A DNA stretch of 63,289 nt, the filler included, from Octopus bimaculoides (Eukaryota), in the NCBI RefSeq assembly GCF_001194135.2. It is 7 parts of 7 records of this genome, joined end to end, with 100 filler letters (N's around TTAATTAATTAA, not from the genome) between each part and the next. Parts side by side here need not be neighbours in the genome. Positions count along the whole stretch, not along the records: positions 1 to 31,899 come from NC_068984.1; positions 32,000 to 36,834 come from NC_068987.1; positions 36,935 to 41,690 come from NC_068997.1; positions 41,791 to 52,924 come from NC_069007.1; 3 more parts are not named here. One strand, given 5' to 3'. The number at the start of each line of letters is the position of its first letter. The stretch's first letter is position 1. The position numbers and the translations under genes were made by a program. The notes beneath the pieces are model-generated. The model worked only from the letters and a program-made list of their open reading frames with translations, searched no databases and was not told where the DNA came from. Positions 27,775 through 42,804 of this stretch are shown here, in pieces.

Positions 27775-30658
27775 CTGAAGACTATCGGTTCGGCGAAAGA
27801 GACCAATAAAATAAGCACAAGACTTAAACAAAAAATAAACTGGTCTCGATTGTTTCAATAAAACCCTTCAATGTGGTACAGCAGCTCGGCTACAATACAT
27901 TGAGTGAAACAAGTAAAATATAAAAGAGAGATATTTCGCGAAATGTGGATATAATGCTGCCAATCCACTACACTTCCTTTGTGACATATTGGTTTTTAAT
28001 TCGTTGCAATAATTAACACCATTCATGGAGTGGATTTCATACAAGAACACCTGAGTCAAATGAAACAGTTTTTGTGTTGTACACTTTGAAACTATATGCA
28101 AATAGAATGTCTGACAGTTAACTAGATCTCTTTCAATTGGAATTAAATGCGGAAGATGGAGTCATGGAATGCGAAATGAACGCTTGGCTATTTGGAAACA
28201 CGTTGGAATTGCTGTTGAATGTAATCCACTTCTCTCACCTTTTAATGCTGTGGGTGAAAGTATGCACATTACAACATCTAGCTTCCTTACCGAACCCACA
28301 ACACACCCTTCTCAAAATAAATGGTGTTTTAGCTAAGACAGAAGACATTTTTATTTTCATTAACAAACATGAAATTGAAAAGAATAAAAAATATTAGTGA
28401 AACACTAGCGTAAAAAGGAAACAAATGGTATAAGCTGAGGTGGTAAATGAATTAACTATGCTACGTTTGAGTATAGCTGGCTTGTTTAGAAAATGAGATA
28501 TTTCTGCATTTTATTTTAAGAAACAATGCTTTTAAAACGGAATTCATTTTTGTTAAGTAACTCTTATAAATAAACAAAATAAGATATAAATGAACGACTA
28601 AGTGAATAAGTGATGAAAGTGCAAATAAAAACATACACACACACACACACACATACACATACACACGCGCGCGCACATACACATATAAATGTATACATGT
28701 ATATATAAACATATATATATAAACATCTAAATAAATATATATACACATACATACATCATACACACACACACATACGCGAACGCGCGCGCACACACACACA
28801 CATATATATACGTATACATATATATAAACGTGCGCGAGCGTGTATATACACGCGCGTAAGAATAAATATAGTCATACTTACAAGCACATTACGCTAAGTG
28901 AAACACACACACAAATTTGTGAACACGTGAGGCAAGCTGTGCATATTTGTGCGTATGTATGTGTGTGTGTGTGTATATTATCGAAAGCTTGAGGCAAAAA
29001 TACCAATATGAAGATAAATATAAAGAGAAGCTGAGACATTGATGTAAATAGATGAGAGTAATGAAATATTTTTAGATAAAAATATGCATAAAGACACATA
29101 GTTATAAATAATTTCTAATTGTGTAACGATGAAAGAATTTCTCAGAATAGAATTAAATGACTAAACGCGACTGTTCCTTGTGTAATTTTTGTTGAATACT
29201 TCCGGTCTGGTCTGATCTAATAAGCGTATGGTATGATCAAACTCGATCTAACCGCGACCATCTCATCTCTCTATCCCGTGTGTGTATGAGTATTGGAAAT
29301 AATAAATTTGAGAGAAATAACAATATAGATATGCATACATTCTATACTTTGATGTACAGGAAAAAGAGAGGGGAGGCAGTTTCTCGATAGATTGTTTTTT
29401 CGATTTGTTGACCAATTCTCACAAATGGCGCACCCTATTTCCATCTGCAATCAATAGTGTAGAATATTCACTAGTTATACAAAGGAGTCATATATTACGA
29501 GAGAGCGAGTAGTTAATCTACATAATTGAACTTTTGATAGCTCGTCTTAAATTTAATAACAGATATTTTATGCACATGACAGAATATATCAGAAGCTTTG
29601 AAATTAATTTACATATTTAAATATCTCGATGTGGGAGAAATGGGAATACAAACACACTACTTCTGTATTACAGAAATACGAGGAAAATAGTCGAGTGTCA
29701 GGCAGACTGGTTGGGGATTTATTAATTGCCCTTAGAGAGAAGACGCATCTGGTCTCCTTTTCTGATTAATGGTATAAGATTTTCAGCTAATATAAAGAGT
29801 ATGGAATGTTTTTACATTTATAATTTCTCACAGCTTGGATTTCTAATTCAGCTGTTTTAACTACAAAATGTATAGCACACACACACACACACACACACAC
29901 TTTCTCTCTCTCTCCCCCTCTCTCTCTCAATAAATGACATGATGAACATAACTAAAAGTGCTAAGTTCGCTGCACGTCAAGTCCTCGCCACAAATCTTTG
30001 TTTCTTAAGCAATTGAACTTCACGGTACAAACATCTGTCTATATGTAAGTTCTACTGGGTCAATAACCTGGAATGCGTTGTGCTAAAACACCTTTTTTAT
30101 TGCTATAACAGACTCTCTGACTGGTGTTTGCAGATGGTTTCCGTTTGATAACATATAAGGAAAATGAGGTAGCGGTTGATGAATGTTATTCATGGGTAGT
30201 GGTTTTCCTTTCTTTGTTAGCGCTTAATTGAAGATCGAACATGATCTTGTGGACATATGAGAAAAGAGATTTCTGCAGTCTATTTTAAATGAGCTTAGGA
30301 CCAGTCCGCCTGACACTCGACGATTTTTCATAACTACTCAATATTTTACACTATTGATTTCAGATGGAAATACGGTGCATTTTTTCTGAGAATTGATCAA
30401 TAAAGCGAAAAAACGATCCATCGAGAAAATGTCCCCACTCTCTTTTTCCTGTACATCAAAGTATAGAATGAATGTTTAGGACTATATAATCCAATGTATC
30501 CCTTAAGATTTTAAGACGGTTTGACCATTCATGAATCAGAACATTTGAGCGGTTAAACAATTATATCTACTTCTGGATATCCACTGGATAAAGAACAAAT
30601 GAATGTAAAATCTCTTTCGCTTACTCTCTCTTTCTCTCTCTCTCTCTCTTTACGCACG

Positions 30659-30692
<34 letters not shown>

Positions 30693-30926
30693 TGCCATAT
30701 ATGATGATTCATCCGAGATTCCTTAATTGTCTTCTTTTTCCTTCCCACAGATATTGAGGCCAAATAAGTTATAGACCATTATTCTAATATGCAATTAACT
30801 ACTGAATCCTTGCACTGAAAAATAAGGTCGTTTCTTAGATAAGTTCAGCTGTCTAGACTAAAACATGTTCATAAACGTTCTACATACATATATGTGTGTG
30901 AATACATACATACATACATACATACA

Positions 30927-30963
<37 letters not shown>

Positions 30964-31687
30964 GTTATATATTTCCAATTTCTCTTTTTATCAATTGTTA
31001 AATTTTATATCGTCGCAGATGTTTACTTAAGGGACATTCAACAGCCTCAGTAACGTAGTATTCATTCTCATATTTCATTCGTTCTGTTTGTTTTACATCG
31101 CGTTCGCTTTTATGGCCCAGATTCATAGTACGCATATAAGTATATGCGTTCTATCTATTATCTTTTACTTGTTTCGATCCTTAGACTGCAGTCGTGCTTC
31201 AAGGATAAAATCATTACAATTAATGAATTTTGTCAGGAGCCTGCATATTAGAAGATAAACTTTTAGGTAAAATTCATATATAGAGATATATAATTGCATG
31301 GAATACAATTATAATTAAGGTCACATAAACAACCCTGCTTATATGCTGAAAATAGAAGCCAAATACGTCTAGCCACTCAAAATCTTAGACGTATGAGGCG
31401 TCTATTGTCAACATATATACGTGGTTACTTCTGTACCCTTAATTGTACTTGCATTCTATACAATTATATATATCTGTCTTGTGTGATATATTCACCATTT
31501 GTCTACTCTCTACAACTCAGTAGATACAGAAATTTTTGTCACAATTCTAATTAATTTTAAATTATTTATTAAATTGTTTCAGAAAAAATAACTCGGTATT
31601 AGATTATTAAACGAGATAGAAATGTGTACTACAGAAGCGACTACCAATTATCTATATATACACACACATACACATTACAAACAGAGA

Positions 31688-31748
<61 letters not shown>

Positions 31749-31868
31749 GACTTTGTCTGTATATATGTCTATCCATCTACTATACATGTATGTAGATAAA
31801 TTGATAGATGTACATATATATATATAACGTGCACACTAATATGTGAGTGCTTAATATGCTGTTATATA

Positions 31869-31899
<31 letters not shown>

Positions 31900-33017
31900 N
31901 NNNNNNNNNNNNNNNNNNNNNNNNNNNNNNNNNNNNNNNNNNNTTAATTAATTAANNNNNNNNNNNNNNNNNNNNNNNNNNNNNNNNNNNNNNNNNNNNT
32001 ATGTGTTTACTTTGTGTGAAGGCGCATGGCTTAGTGGTTAACGTTAGAAGAAGAAGAAGAAGAAGAAGAAGAAGAAGAAGAAGAAGAAGAAGAAGAAGAA
32101 GAAGAAGGCTAGACTCCACTAGCACTGGCCTGCTACCTTATTGAACCCTGAAAGGATGAAAGTAGATCCCACCTCGTTGGGATTTGAGTGATGCCCCTAC
32201 GATTTTACCAGACGTTCAGGATCCACTGAAGAAAGAAATGATTTTAGGGATGTTTGCGAGCTTTTCATAACAGGTTGAGCAATCACGTAGAGACTCTTTC
32301 GCTGCTTTGTGAATATACATGTCCTGATAGCACCGCTTTTAATTTGAACTTTGAACTGAGAACGCACGAAGCCGGTGCAAATACGACAAGACATTCTGTT
32401 GGACACACGAAAACCCTTACCAGTTTGCCGCCTTTCACAAATTGCCTTTAATTAAAAAAAGGAGCTACATTATAAATGTACTTACAGATGCATTATAATT
32501 AGATGAAAGACGGAGTAGGAGTAGTCACAGCTAAAATATGTATAGTCAAAGGTTTCTTTAGTTAAAAGTCACCTGACTTTGAACCATATTTTGTATCTTC
32601 TATCTATTATTTGTTTTAGTTATTGAACTGTGGCTTCAAGGGTTTAGTCGGAGAAATCGCCTGCAGTACTTCTTTTATATTCTATTGGGCTAAGTTACGG
32701 GGTCGTAAACAAACCAGCACCGGTTGTCAAGCGGCAGCGTGGGAATGAACACAAAGACACACACATATAAATATATTTACACATATACATATAAGACGGG
32801 CTTCCTCAAAGTTTCGGTCTACCAAGTTTCGGTCTACTCACAAGGTATTGGTCAGTTCGAGGCAATAGTAACAGACACGTGACTAAGGTGCAGCACAGTG
32901 GGACTGAACCCAAAATCAAGCGGTTACAAAGCGAGCGTCTTAACCACGTTTGCGTCATTTTACGTAGAGTTTTATTATCAGCATTGGGACAAGACTGGCG
33001 ACCTCTCTCTTTACTCT

Positions 33018-33495
33018 TTACTCTTTTACTTGTTTCAGTCAATTGACTGCGGCCATGCTGGAGCACCGCCTTTTAGTCGAGCAAATCGACCGAAGGACTT
33101 ATTCTTTGGAAGCCTACTACTTATTCTATCGGTCTCTTTAGCCGAACCGCTAAGTTACGGGGACGTAAACACACCAGCATCGGTTGTCAAGTGATGTTGG
33201 GGGTGGGGACAAATACAGATACACAAACACATACACGCACATACATATATATANNNNNNNNNNNNNNNNNNNNNNNNNNNNNNNNNNNNNNNNNNNNNNN
33301 NNNNNNNNNNNNNNNNNNNNNNNNNNTATACATATATACGACGGGCTTCTTTCAGTTTCCGTCTACCAAATCCACTCACAAGGCTTTGGTCGGCCCGAGG
33401 CTATAGTAGAAGACACTTGCCCAAGGTGCCACGCAGTGGGAATGAACACGGAACCATGTGGTTGGTAAGCAAGCTACTTACCACACAGCCACTCC
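33018..33495 (-). mobile_element. SINE family A, near full length
   Basis: Reverse complement of the 713-1345 family. Another diverged copy is adjacent at about 32610-32945. Confidence 0.85.
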
Positions 33496-34681
33496 TGCTG
33501 AGGTTAACTTTATTTTTCGTCCCTTTCGAGGTTCATAAAATAAAGTACCAGTCAAGCACTAAGGCTGATGTAATCGGCTTATCCTCTATCCCTAAATTTG
33601 CTGAATCTGTACCAAAATTTCAAATCATTATTAGTAGTGACACAAACGCGGCGAGCTGATAGAATCGCTAGCACATCGGACAAGATGACATTTCGTCTGA
33701 CTCATTACATTCTGATTACCATATCCAGGTAATCACCGGGGTCGAAGCAATCAACTACCCCATATCCCCTAAAAAAAAGTTGTTGGTTTGTGTCGATATT
33801 TGAAACGATTACTCCAGTACTGGTTTAATGTTAGAGACAGATTAATGTTGCAAATAACTATTCGTAATGTTATAGGCCGGTAGATTAGCAGATCTTTAAC
33901 GTGTCCGGTAATAAGTCTTGCAGTGTTTGTTTCTAATCTTTACGTTCGGAGTTCAAATTTCACCAACGCCAACATTTGTCATATCATCACTCTGGGACCC
34001 ATAAAATAAAGGAGCAGTCAAGTACTGGAGTGATGGCGTTCACTACTCACTCACATTAAAAATTGATGGTCCTGTTCCTAAATCACAAACAATTATCACT
34101 ATCGATACGCTATCGAAGACTCAGTCTTTGGATTCTTATGTGTTGCGTTCTGCAAATACAATCGCCTACCTGCAGTTACATATAATTATTTATTTAGTCG
34201 ACACACTTCCTTACCATGGATTCCTGTTTATTTTTATATACTCATACATGCAAGCAGTTATTTATGAGCCTGAGGTTGCAATCAAATACAGCTGCTGTAA
34301 TGTAGGTATCAATGAATTGATATATATCTGCATACCTGTGTATATATATACATATATATGTTTATATATGTGTATGTATATGTCTGTATATGTGTATTAT
34401 GTGTATGTACATGTGTTTGTATGTGCATAAATGTATGTATATTCAGAGAAAGAGGGAGGAAGAGAGATTGTGCATCGAATATACATATACGTATATATAT
34501 ATAACATGAATAACTACGAGTATATACATATATATCGAATGTGCGTTAATGTATGTATGAGTATATGTATGTACATTCATATCCACATCTATTCGAACAT
34601 ATAAGTGTACGTGTGAGAGTGTGTGTATACATATGCATATACAAATACACACAGACACATATACATAAATGTCTACATATA

Positions 34682-34725
<44 letters not shown>

Positions 34726-35159
34726 GTATATGTATATATACATATATATATATATACACACATATATATATTTGTATATATATATTTGTGTGTGTGTGTG
34801 TATATATATATATGAATTAAATGTGTGTGCTATGTATGCATACCGCTAAGAATAAAATTCAATAGTTTCTATAAAGGGTAATTCAGGTATTGGAAATTTC
34901 AATAGATCTTGTTAATTGACTCCAGGCCTTCTCTTTACATACTGTGAGGTCTCGTTCGTTTTGCTTTGCTATGGGTGGAGTGTTGGGGGCTGGTCTTACT
35001 TTCCTTACAGTTTCTACCACATCGGAAGAGAACATTGCGAGCAAAAGTGTTTAACAGTCTCCACCAAATATTTGACACATAAATTCGAACTATAAGAAAA
35101 ATGTATTACGTTATATATGTGCATATGGATAAATATATATGCACATATATAGAAATATA

Positions 35160-36090
35160 CATATACAAAGTGTGGTGAATAAATTGTCGTCAAAATTACA
35201 CAAAAATGAAAATAACACTGTCATCTTATTTTAACAGATATATTTACCAAAATTGCATAAAAATATCTTGAAATATTAAAGAGTAAATGTTTTCAATAAA
35301 ATCGCCATTAGCTTCAACCACGGCCTCCCCTTTAATTCATCTTTGGTGTTCAAGGAGTTTTGTTGGTCTTTCGGTCAACTGCGCCTCTCACATAGTCAAG
35401 AGGGTTGCAGTTTGGGGAGTTAGTTGGCCAGATGTTAAGTGTGAAGTGGTCACAGAAATTGTCTGATAACAATGATTGGGTTCTCCTGCTTATATGGCAT
35501 GGTGCAGAGTGCTGTTGCTAGACACAGGGTCTTCCAGCTGCCACCCTCTTCAACCAGGGCAGCACTACCTCCCCCAGGCACTTAATGTAGGCCTCCGTGT
35601 TGAGTCTGAGACTGTATGGAAAGATGAATGGAGGCATAACATCGCCATCACTAACACCATTATGCTGACTGGATGTTTGATTTTTATCCCTCTCGAGACA
35701 TGTTTTGGGGACACGGCAAGCCAACGGTTTTTCTATGTGTTTACCATCTGATCCTGGTAGAAATTTTTCACGTCTAAGAAAAATCAAAGCATATTCGGTT
35801 TGAGGGAACGCTCGAATTTGTTCAAAAGCTTCGTAGTGCAGTTTCTCCTCTTGTCCTTGCTGGCTTGGGATGAAAATTGGCCCTTTCTCATTTGGTATGA
35901 GGAATACCGAATGTCTTCAGGCACTACCTGCCTGATAAAAAAACTCAAACACTTCCATGTCCCTGACACTGGGCCTTATTGACTTGGAGGGATCGTTGTA
36001 AATCATGACCTGGATCTCACCAAGACATTCAGGAGTTCTTTTCTTATCAGAACGATCAGAGTGAGTTTTCCAAGCTGCCGTACCTTAGGA
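35160..36090 (-). mobile_element. Tc1/mariner DD37D (maT)-type transposase remnant
   Basis: Broken frames give FFLDVKNFYQDQMVN, SDGDVMPPFIFP..LRLNTEAYIKCL.EVVLPW...AAGRP, QQDSAPCH and WPTNSPNCNPLDY. Confidence 0.85.
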
Positions 36091-36346
36091 GGACATGAGG
36101 AGGACACATATATACACACCCATACATACATAAATACATACATACATATATACATACATACATACATACATACATACATACATGGTATTCTTCCAGCAGT
36201 ATATCGGATAGATATTATCCCTTACANNNNNNNNNNATACATACATACATACACATATGTATACATAGACATTTCTGTACAGACATGTTCATTGGTACAT
36301 ACGCATTAGTTCGTATCGTCATAGTTCCAACAAAAATGTCCAAACC

Positions 36347-36377
<31 letters not shown>

Positions 36378-36984
36378 CCATCAAAAACCTATAGGGTACG
36401 TATGTATCAGTTATATTTGTAATGGAGGAATTTATACAATTAGTTTGTGAGAATTCTAACAATAATATCCAAACTTCTATAAACCTGTGATGAGTTACTC
36501 CGATGGTGTTTGTATATTGTTATTATTGTCCTTTTAGTAAACAAATAAACAAGTAAATTGACACAATACAATATCTGCAAGTTGATGAATACCACCTATT
36601 CCCCTCCATTTTTTTATTGCTATATAAATTAATGGTAAAATATCTTTTTACCCGCACCCATTTATTGCACTTGGTAATGCAATGAAAAACCACTAATGTA
36701 ATAAAAAATGGGTATTCTTCCAGCAGTATATTGGATAGATATTATCCCTTAGTGGGTTGGATTCACAACCCCTAACTTTCTTGGATATATAATATATATA
36801 TATTTATATGTGTGTACATTTATATATGTACATTNNNNNNNNNNNNNNNNNNNNNNNNNNNNNNNNNNNNNNNNNNNNTTAATTAATTAANNNNNNNNNN
36901 NNNNNNNNNNNNNNNNNNNNNNNNNNNNNNNNNNACACACACACACACACACACATACATATTCATATATATATATACATATAT

Positions 36985-37140
36985 ACGACGGACTTCTTTC
37001 AGTTTCTGTCTACGAAATCCACTCACAAGGCTTTGGTCAGCCCGAGGCTATTGTAGAAAACACTTGCCCAAGGTGCCATGCCGTGGAACTGAACCCTGAG
37101 CCATGTGGTTGGTAAGCAAGCTACTTACCACACAGCCACT
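36985..37140 (-). mobile_element. SINE family A, 5' half
   Basis: Near-identical to 33340-33495. Confidence 0.8.
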
Positions 37141-37145
37141 TATGT

Positions 37146-37189
<44 letters not shown>

Positions 37190-37396
37190 CCCTATTATAT
37201 CAACCCTGAAAGGATAACATAGTAACAGATTTCTGTAACCTTTCTGAAATAAGACCGTTAATGTTTAATTAGGACCATTATGTACTGTATTGTGAATATT
37301 GGATAATGATTTCCGAAATACAATGATCTACAACGTGAAATAAAAAAGTGCAAGCTAGATTTTTATATAATTAGACGAAACGGAAAAGGAATATTT

Positions 37397-37453
<57 letters not shown>

Positions 37454-37655
37454 TGCTTACTGTTTCGGCGGTTGTTGTGTGCGTCACAGACGTACTTGAA
37501 GTGAAAGCATAAAAAAGAAACGTGACATTAATAAAGCGCTTGATGGTAATGAAAATGATTTAATGCTTGAAGACAATTTTGGTGACCCAGATCCTATCGC
37601 AGAAAATTTTAGTGATATATCTGACACCAACAAGTAATATGATACCACTTATAGG

Positions 37656-37880
37656 GCGGCGAGCTGGCCGAAACGTTAGCACGCCGGGCGAAATGCTTAG
37701 CGGTATTTCATCTGCTGTTACGTTCTGAGTTCAAATTTCGCCGAGTTCGACTTTGCCTTTTATCCTTTCAGGGTCGATAAATTAAGTACCAGTTGCACAC
37801 TGGGGTCGATCTAATCGACTTAATCCCTTTGTTTGTCCCCTCTATGTTTAGCCCCCTGTGGACAATAAAGAAATAAATAT
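37656..37880 (+). mobile_element. SINE family B, young CpG-rich copy
   Basis: GGCGGCGAGCTGGCCGAAACGTTAGCACGCCGGGCGAAATGCTTAGCGG...GTCGATAAATTAAGTACC. Confidence 0.85.
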
Positions 37881-39800
37881 GATACCAACTATAAGAAAAA
37901 ATTTTCAGCCTTCGCCGTTTTTGATTTTACCTTCTGAATATGATGAGTTTTATCTCGGTTTTGTTCTTTTACTTGTTTCAGGCATGCCGGAGCACCACCT
38001 TAAAGGGTTTTTAAGTCGAACAAGTCGACTCCGGGACCTTTTTGTTTTAAGCCTAGCACTTATTCTATCACATCACCAAATCTGGAGATATTTTGATAGA
38101 TTACGTTAGTTGCTCTAATAATATTCACTCATGGTTTTGCTTCGAAATCCATTCTCATACTGAGTTCATTTTATGACATACACAGGCTACATCCTCTATT
38201 TCCTAATCTATCGATATAACAATATATTTTCTCTACGTTACCGATTTTTCAAAATGTTTCATGCATGTGTCGTTGGATTCAAAGATAAAAAAAAAGCCAT
38301 AACAATATTTGAAAAGCCGAGACTTGAATAATCTAGATGGTTAATAAAANNNNNNNNNNNNNNNNNNNNNNNNNNNNNNNNNNNNNNNNNNNNNNNNNNN
38401 NNNNNNNNNNNNNNNNNNNNNNNNNNNNNNNNNNNNNNNNNNNNNNNNNNNNNNNNNNNNNNNNNNNNNNNNNNNNNNNNNNNNNNNNNNNNNNNNNNNN
38501 NNNNNNNNNNNNNNNNNNNNNNNNNNNNNNNNNNNNNNNNNNNNNNNNNNNNNNNNNNNNNNNNNNNNNNNNNNNNNNNNNNNNNNNNNNNNNNNNNNNN
38601 NNNNNNNNNNNNNNNNNNNNNNNNNNNNNNNNNNNNNNNNNNNNNNNNNNNNNNNNNNNNNNNNNNNNNNNNNNNNNNNNNNNNNNNNNNNNNNNNNNNN
38701 NNNNNNNNNNNNNNNNNNNNNNNNNNNNNNNAAAGTTGTGGTGAAAAAAGTACAGCAGGGTTCGCCATCATCCCCTGCCGGAGCATCGTGGAACTTTAGG
38801 TGTTTTCGCTTCATAAACACAACGCCCGGTCTGGGAATCGAAACCGCGATCCTATGACCGCGAGTTCGCTGCCCTAACCACTGGGCCATTGCGCCTCCAC
38901 TCCCACGAGTCTATACGATTCGGGAAGGATCTTTACTCTTCTCCTTCCTCCCTCTCAACATCTTGTCTATGTAAGAAATCATTTCTCAAATTTTAAAGCT
39001 CATCGATTTGACAGAACTGGCAGAGCACGGATAAAATGTTTTGCACTATTCGATTACGAGTTTCTCGGTTTCTGCTTCAAAATGTTTCCTAATTAGCATC
39101 AATTGTTTTTTGTTCTCACAGGGTCGATTAAATTGAGCAGCGGCCAAATAATGGCGAAGATATAATCAACTAACAATTCTCCACAAATTTGCGGCTTTGT
39201 ATCTATACCAGAAACTAATTCATAGTTTCACCTCCTTCGACCATTTCTTTAAAATCTAACACGTACAATCGAGGGTTAGCGTGACCAATAAAACGAATAG
39301 GGGGTTGATAAGCAAAAGGCTCTTTCCTTAAACGTAAGACTTCAAGCCAACTTCTTATATTATCATATCAACTCAGGCGATAATGAACAACATACATCTC
39401 TGTTAAAAAGACATTCAACGGGACCGACAATTTGTACAGGATCATTCGTCTGCTAAAAATTGCAGCAAAACACCCTCAAATTACACGTTATTGGTTTAAA
39501 AAAGAAAAAAAAAAGAGGTAAGATCAGATCCTATGTTAGACAATGCAGTCTTAAACTCACAAAAAAATGAGACTAGATAGTTACTGTTGGACAACCTTTG
39601 TTCATATGTGTGTTTAATCCATTTGCGTACCTGAAACCTGTGCCGCTCGGGTCAGCACTTGAGTTTTCCGGGTCAACAGCACCGCACTCCCTATACAGAC
39701 CTACACACCATACCTAAAAATGCCGGCGTCATAAAAGCGCCAACCAGGTCGACGGCCCAAATTGCTCCATTCTTAGCAACGCCCAATTCGTGGAGGACAC

Positions 39801-39839
<39 letters not shown>

Positions 39840-39908
39840 TTGCACATACATAACACACACGCACCCATGCACACGCACAAATAGACTTATGTATTAAATT
39901 ACTATTGT

Positions 39909-40160
39909 GGAGACACGTGGCTTAGTGGTTAGGGTGTCAGCGTCATAGTCGTAAGATTGTGGTTTCGATTCCTGGACTGGGCTACGCGTTGTGTTCTTGA
40001 GCAAAACACTTCATTTCACATTGTTCCAGTCCACTCAGCTGGCAAAAATGACTAACGCTGCGATGGACTGGTGTCCCGTCCAGTTGGGAAACACATACGC
40101 CATTGAAACCGGGAAACCGGGCCCATGAGCCTGGCTAGGTTTTAAAAGGGCGCATTTATT
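39909..40160 (+). mobile_element. tRNA-derived SINE family C
   Basis: A/B-box-like head TGGCTTAGTGGTTAG...GGTTTCGATTCC, then GTGTTCTTGAGCAAAACACTT...CCACTCAGCTGG. Confidence 0.8.
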
Positions 40161-41616
40161 TATATTTATTTATTAAATTACTATGTATTAGATTAGCGAA
40201 ACTCAGAGTGACGGTTCTAAAAGCAATCAGAGGAGGATTAGGTGATTGAATCGATCCCAGTATTTGAGTGGCACTTTATTTTACTTTATTTTATCAATCT
40301 CGCATGNNNNNNNNNNNNNNNNNNNNNNNNNNNNNNNNNNNNNNNNNNNNNNNNNNNNNNNNNNNNNNNNNNNNNNNNNNNNNNNNNNNNNNNNNNNNNN
40401 NNNNNNNNNNNNNNNNNNNNNNNNNNNNNNNNNNNNNNNNNNNNNNNNNNNNNNNNNNNNNNNNNNNNNNNNNNNNNNNNNNNNNNNNNNNNNNNNNNNN
40501 NNNNNNNNNNNNNNNNNNNNNNNNNNNNNNNNNNNNNNNNNNNNNNNNNNNNNNNNNNNNNNNNNNNNNNNNNNNNNNNNNNNNNNNNNNNNNNNNNNNN
40601 NNNNNNNNNNNNNNNNNNNNNNNNNNNNNNNNNNNNNNNNNNNNNNNNNNNNNNNNNNNNNNNNNNNNNNNNNNNNNNNNNNNNNNNNNNNNNNNNNNNN
40701 NNNNNNNNNNNNNNNNNNNNNNNNNNNNNNNNNNNNNNNNNNNNNNNNNNNNNNNNACAGATAGAAAGCCATACACTGAAGCAGACATCCACATTAGTTC
40801 TAGTATTTCACGTTCTGATTTCAAATCCTGCCTAAATCAATTTCGCCTTTTGTCACTTCGATATCGATAAATACGCATGCGCATATCATAGAAGTCAAGC
40901 TGTAACCGAGTATGACTGCTTTTCTAAACTCAATTGGCTCGTGTAAACGATCGGAGAGTCTAAGATGTTCATAACCACCACCACCACCACCACTACCCCT
41001 ACCACCATCATCATCATCGTCATTTAACGTCCGCTTCCCATGCTGGCATGGGTTGGGAGATTCAGCAGTAGCTGGCAAGCTGGAGAGCCGCACCAGACAT
41101 CAATTGTCCGTTTTGGGGTTTCTCAGGTTGGATGTCCTTCCTAATGCCAACCGGTTTACAGAGCGTACTGGATACCTTTTACGTGGCACCAGCACCAGTG
41201 CTTTATACGAGGTACCAGCTCGGATGTTTTTTGCGTGGCACTTTACTTTGAGTGGGTAAAGTGTGGCACAGCGCTGAAATCCCTTTTAGCTATAAGACCA
41301 GAGGCACAGTAATAGTTGACATGACTAAGAAACCAAATGCTATCCAGGTTCTTTTGCTTTTTATGAGTTTATTTTTCCTGCAAGGAAATTATAACAAGAT
41401 CTAAGGGTCCTTCGCTCTCAGCGGTCCACTTACTATTTAATGCATTGGTGGGACCTTAAGAGGGTCTATTATTCCGGGTCAAAGTAGAGCTGGGGAAATA
41501 GGGACTAAGAAGTGGTTCCACATTCTTTAAAACTATGGAACTGTCGATCAAGGAATCCACTACTAGACGCAGTTTAAAGTCGTAGCCTGGATATGCACTT
41601 ATACATACGTACACAC

Positions 41617-41690
<74 letters not shown>

Positions 41691-42049
41691 NNNNNNNNNN
41701 NNNNNNNNNNNNNNNNNNNNNNNNNNNNNNNNNNTTAATTAATTAANNNNNNNNNNNNNNNNNNNNNNNNNNNNNNNNNNNNNNNNNNNNTAAAAAAAAA
41801 AAAAAAGGAAAAATGACGTTAGTCAAATTAAATATTTTTGTTTTCAGAACACTCCAAAAATATAATAGTGCAAACAGATGTTTTGGATAAAAGATTCAAA
41901 CTTACCGCCAGGCTGTTCCAAGAATTATGGCTAATTATAGCAGTTCTTGAGAACTGCTCTAGTTCCGGTCAGAACCAGCTAACAAAGAGATAGAGAAGTG
42001 GGGGCCATGCTATTATCAGAAAGCATTACTTCCTATGATAAATTTGTGG

Positions 42050-42410
42050 AATCACTGACAGAGAGTGGAAGGGGTACAAAATATATATGCTGGTCTTAGC
42101 ATATCTTTTGACAGGTCACTAAGAGAGAGAGAGAGAGGGGGTGGGGAGGAAAGAAGGACAAACTAACATAGATAGGGAGTTAGAGAGTGTCTATATGCTG
42201 GATTCTCATTGCATACCCTTCTCAAAGCTTTTCCTAGTCACTGAGAGAGGGGATGGGGAGATCGGTCCTAGCATATCATTTGACAGGTCACTAAGAGAGA
42301 GAGAGAGAGAAGGAAGGAAGGACAAACTAACATAGATAGGGAGTTAGGGAGTGTCTATATGCTGGATTCTCAAAGCTTTTACTAGTCACTGAGAGAGGGG
42401 AAGGGGAGAC
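42050..42410. repeat. Minisatellite-like tandem repeat (about 160-175 bp unit, 2+ copies)
   Basis: TAGCATATC.TTTGACAGGTCACTAAGAGAGA...GGACAAACTAACATAGATAGGGAGTTAG.GAGTGTCTATATGCTGGATTCTCA occurs twice. Confidence 0.8.
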
Positions 42411-42533
42411 AGCATATTTCGAAAACTGGACAGATTATTTTTTGCAAGAAAGTAACTATTTTATCTAATTTTCTGATTATATAACAAGACATGCGGCGCA
42501 TAGCTTGCATGGCTGAGACTGCACGCCACTGGT

Positions 42534-42787
42534 ATGTATATAGGTATGCATATATGGGTACAGGACGACACAAAACTCAAACAACATGAAATATGAAAAT
42601 AACATTGGGTACACAAAGAATGAGAAAAACAAATGGAAAACAAGACAAGTAACATAAAAAGCGACCCTTCATCAGTTTTCAGCTGTCCTTCTACTCCTTA
42701 TTTCAAGCAATGAACATTATTTTCGTATTTCATGTTGTTTACATTTTATGATGTCCTGTACCCATATATGCATACCTATATACATAC
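42534..42787. mobile_element. MITE with about 70-bp terminal inverted repeats
   Basis: TATGTATATAGGTATGCATATATGGGTACAGGAC...AAACAACATGAAATA.GAAAATAA is mirrored at 42717-42787. Confidence 0.75.
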
Positions 42788-42804
42788 ATATGTATGTATA
42801 TAGG

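Noticed and set aside
30750-30800. Strong plus-strand acceptor (TTCCTTCCCACAG) giving DIEAK*
   Set aside because: No upstream partner exon could be identified.
31944-31955. TTAATTAATTAA repeated six times as a possible biological motif
   Set aside because: Always centred in an identical 44N+12+44N block; it is a six-frame-stop assembly linker.
41906-41968. Minus-strand segment with strong AG and GTAAGT ends as the next DLEC1 exon
   Set aside because: Stops in all three frames and no DLEC1 similarity; at most a non-coding exon.
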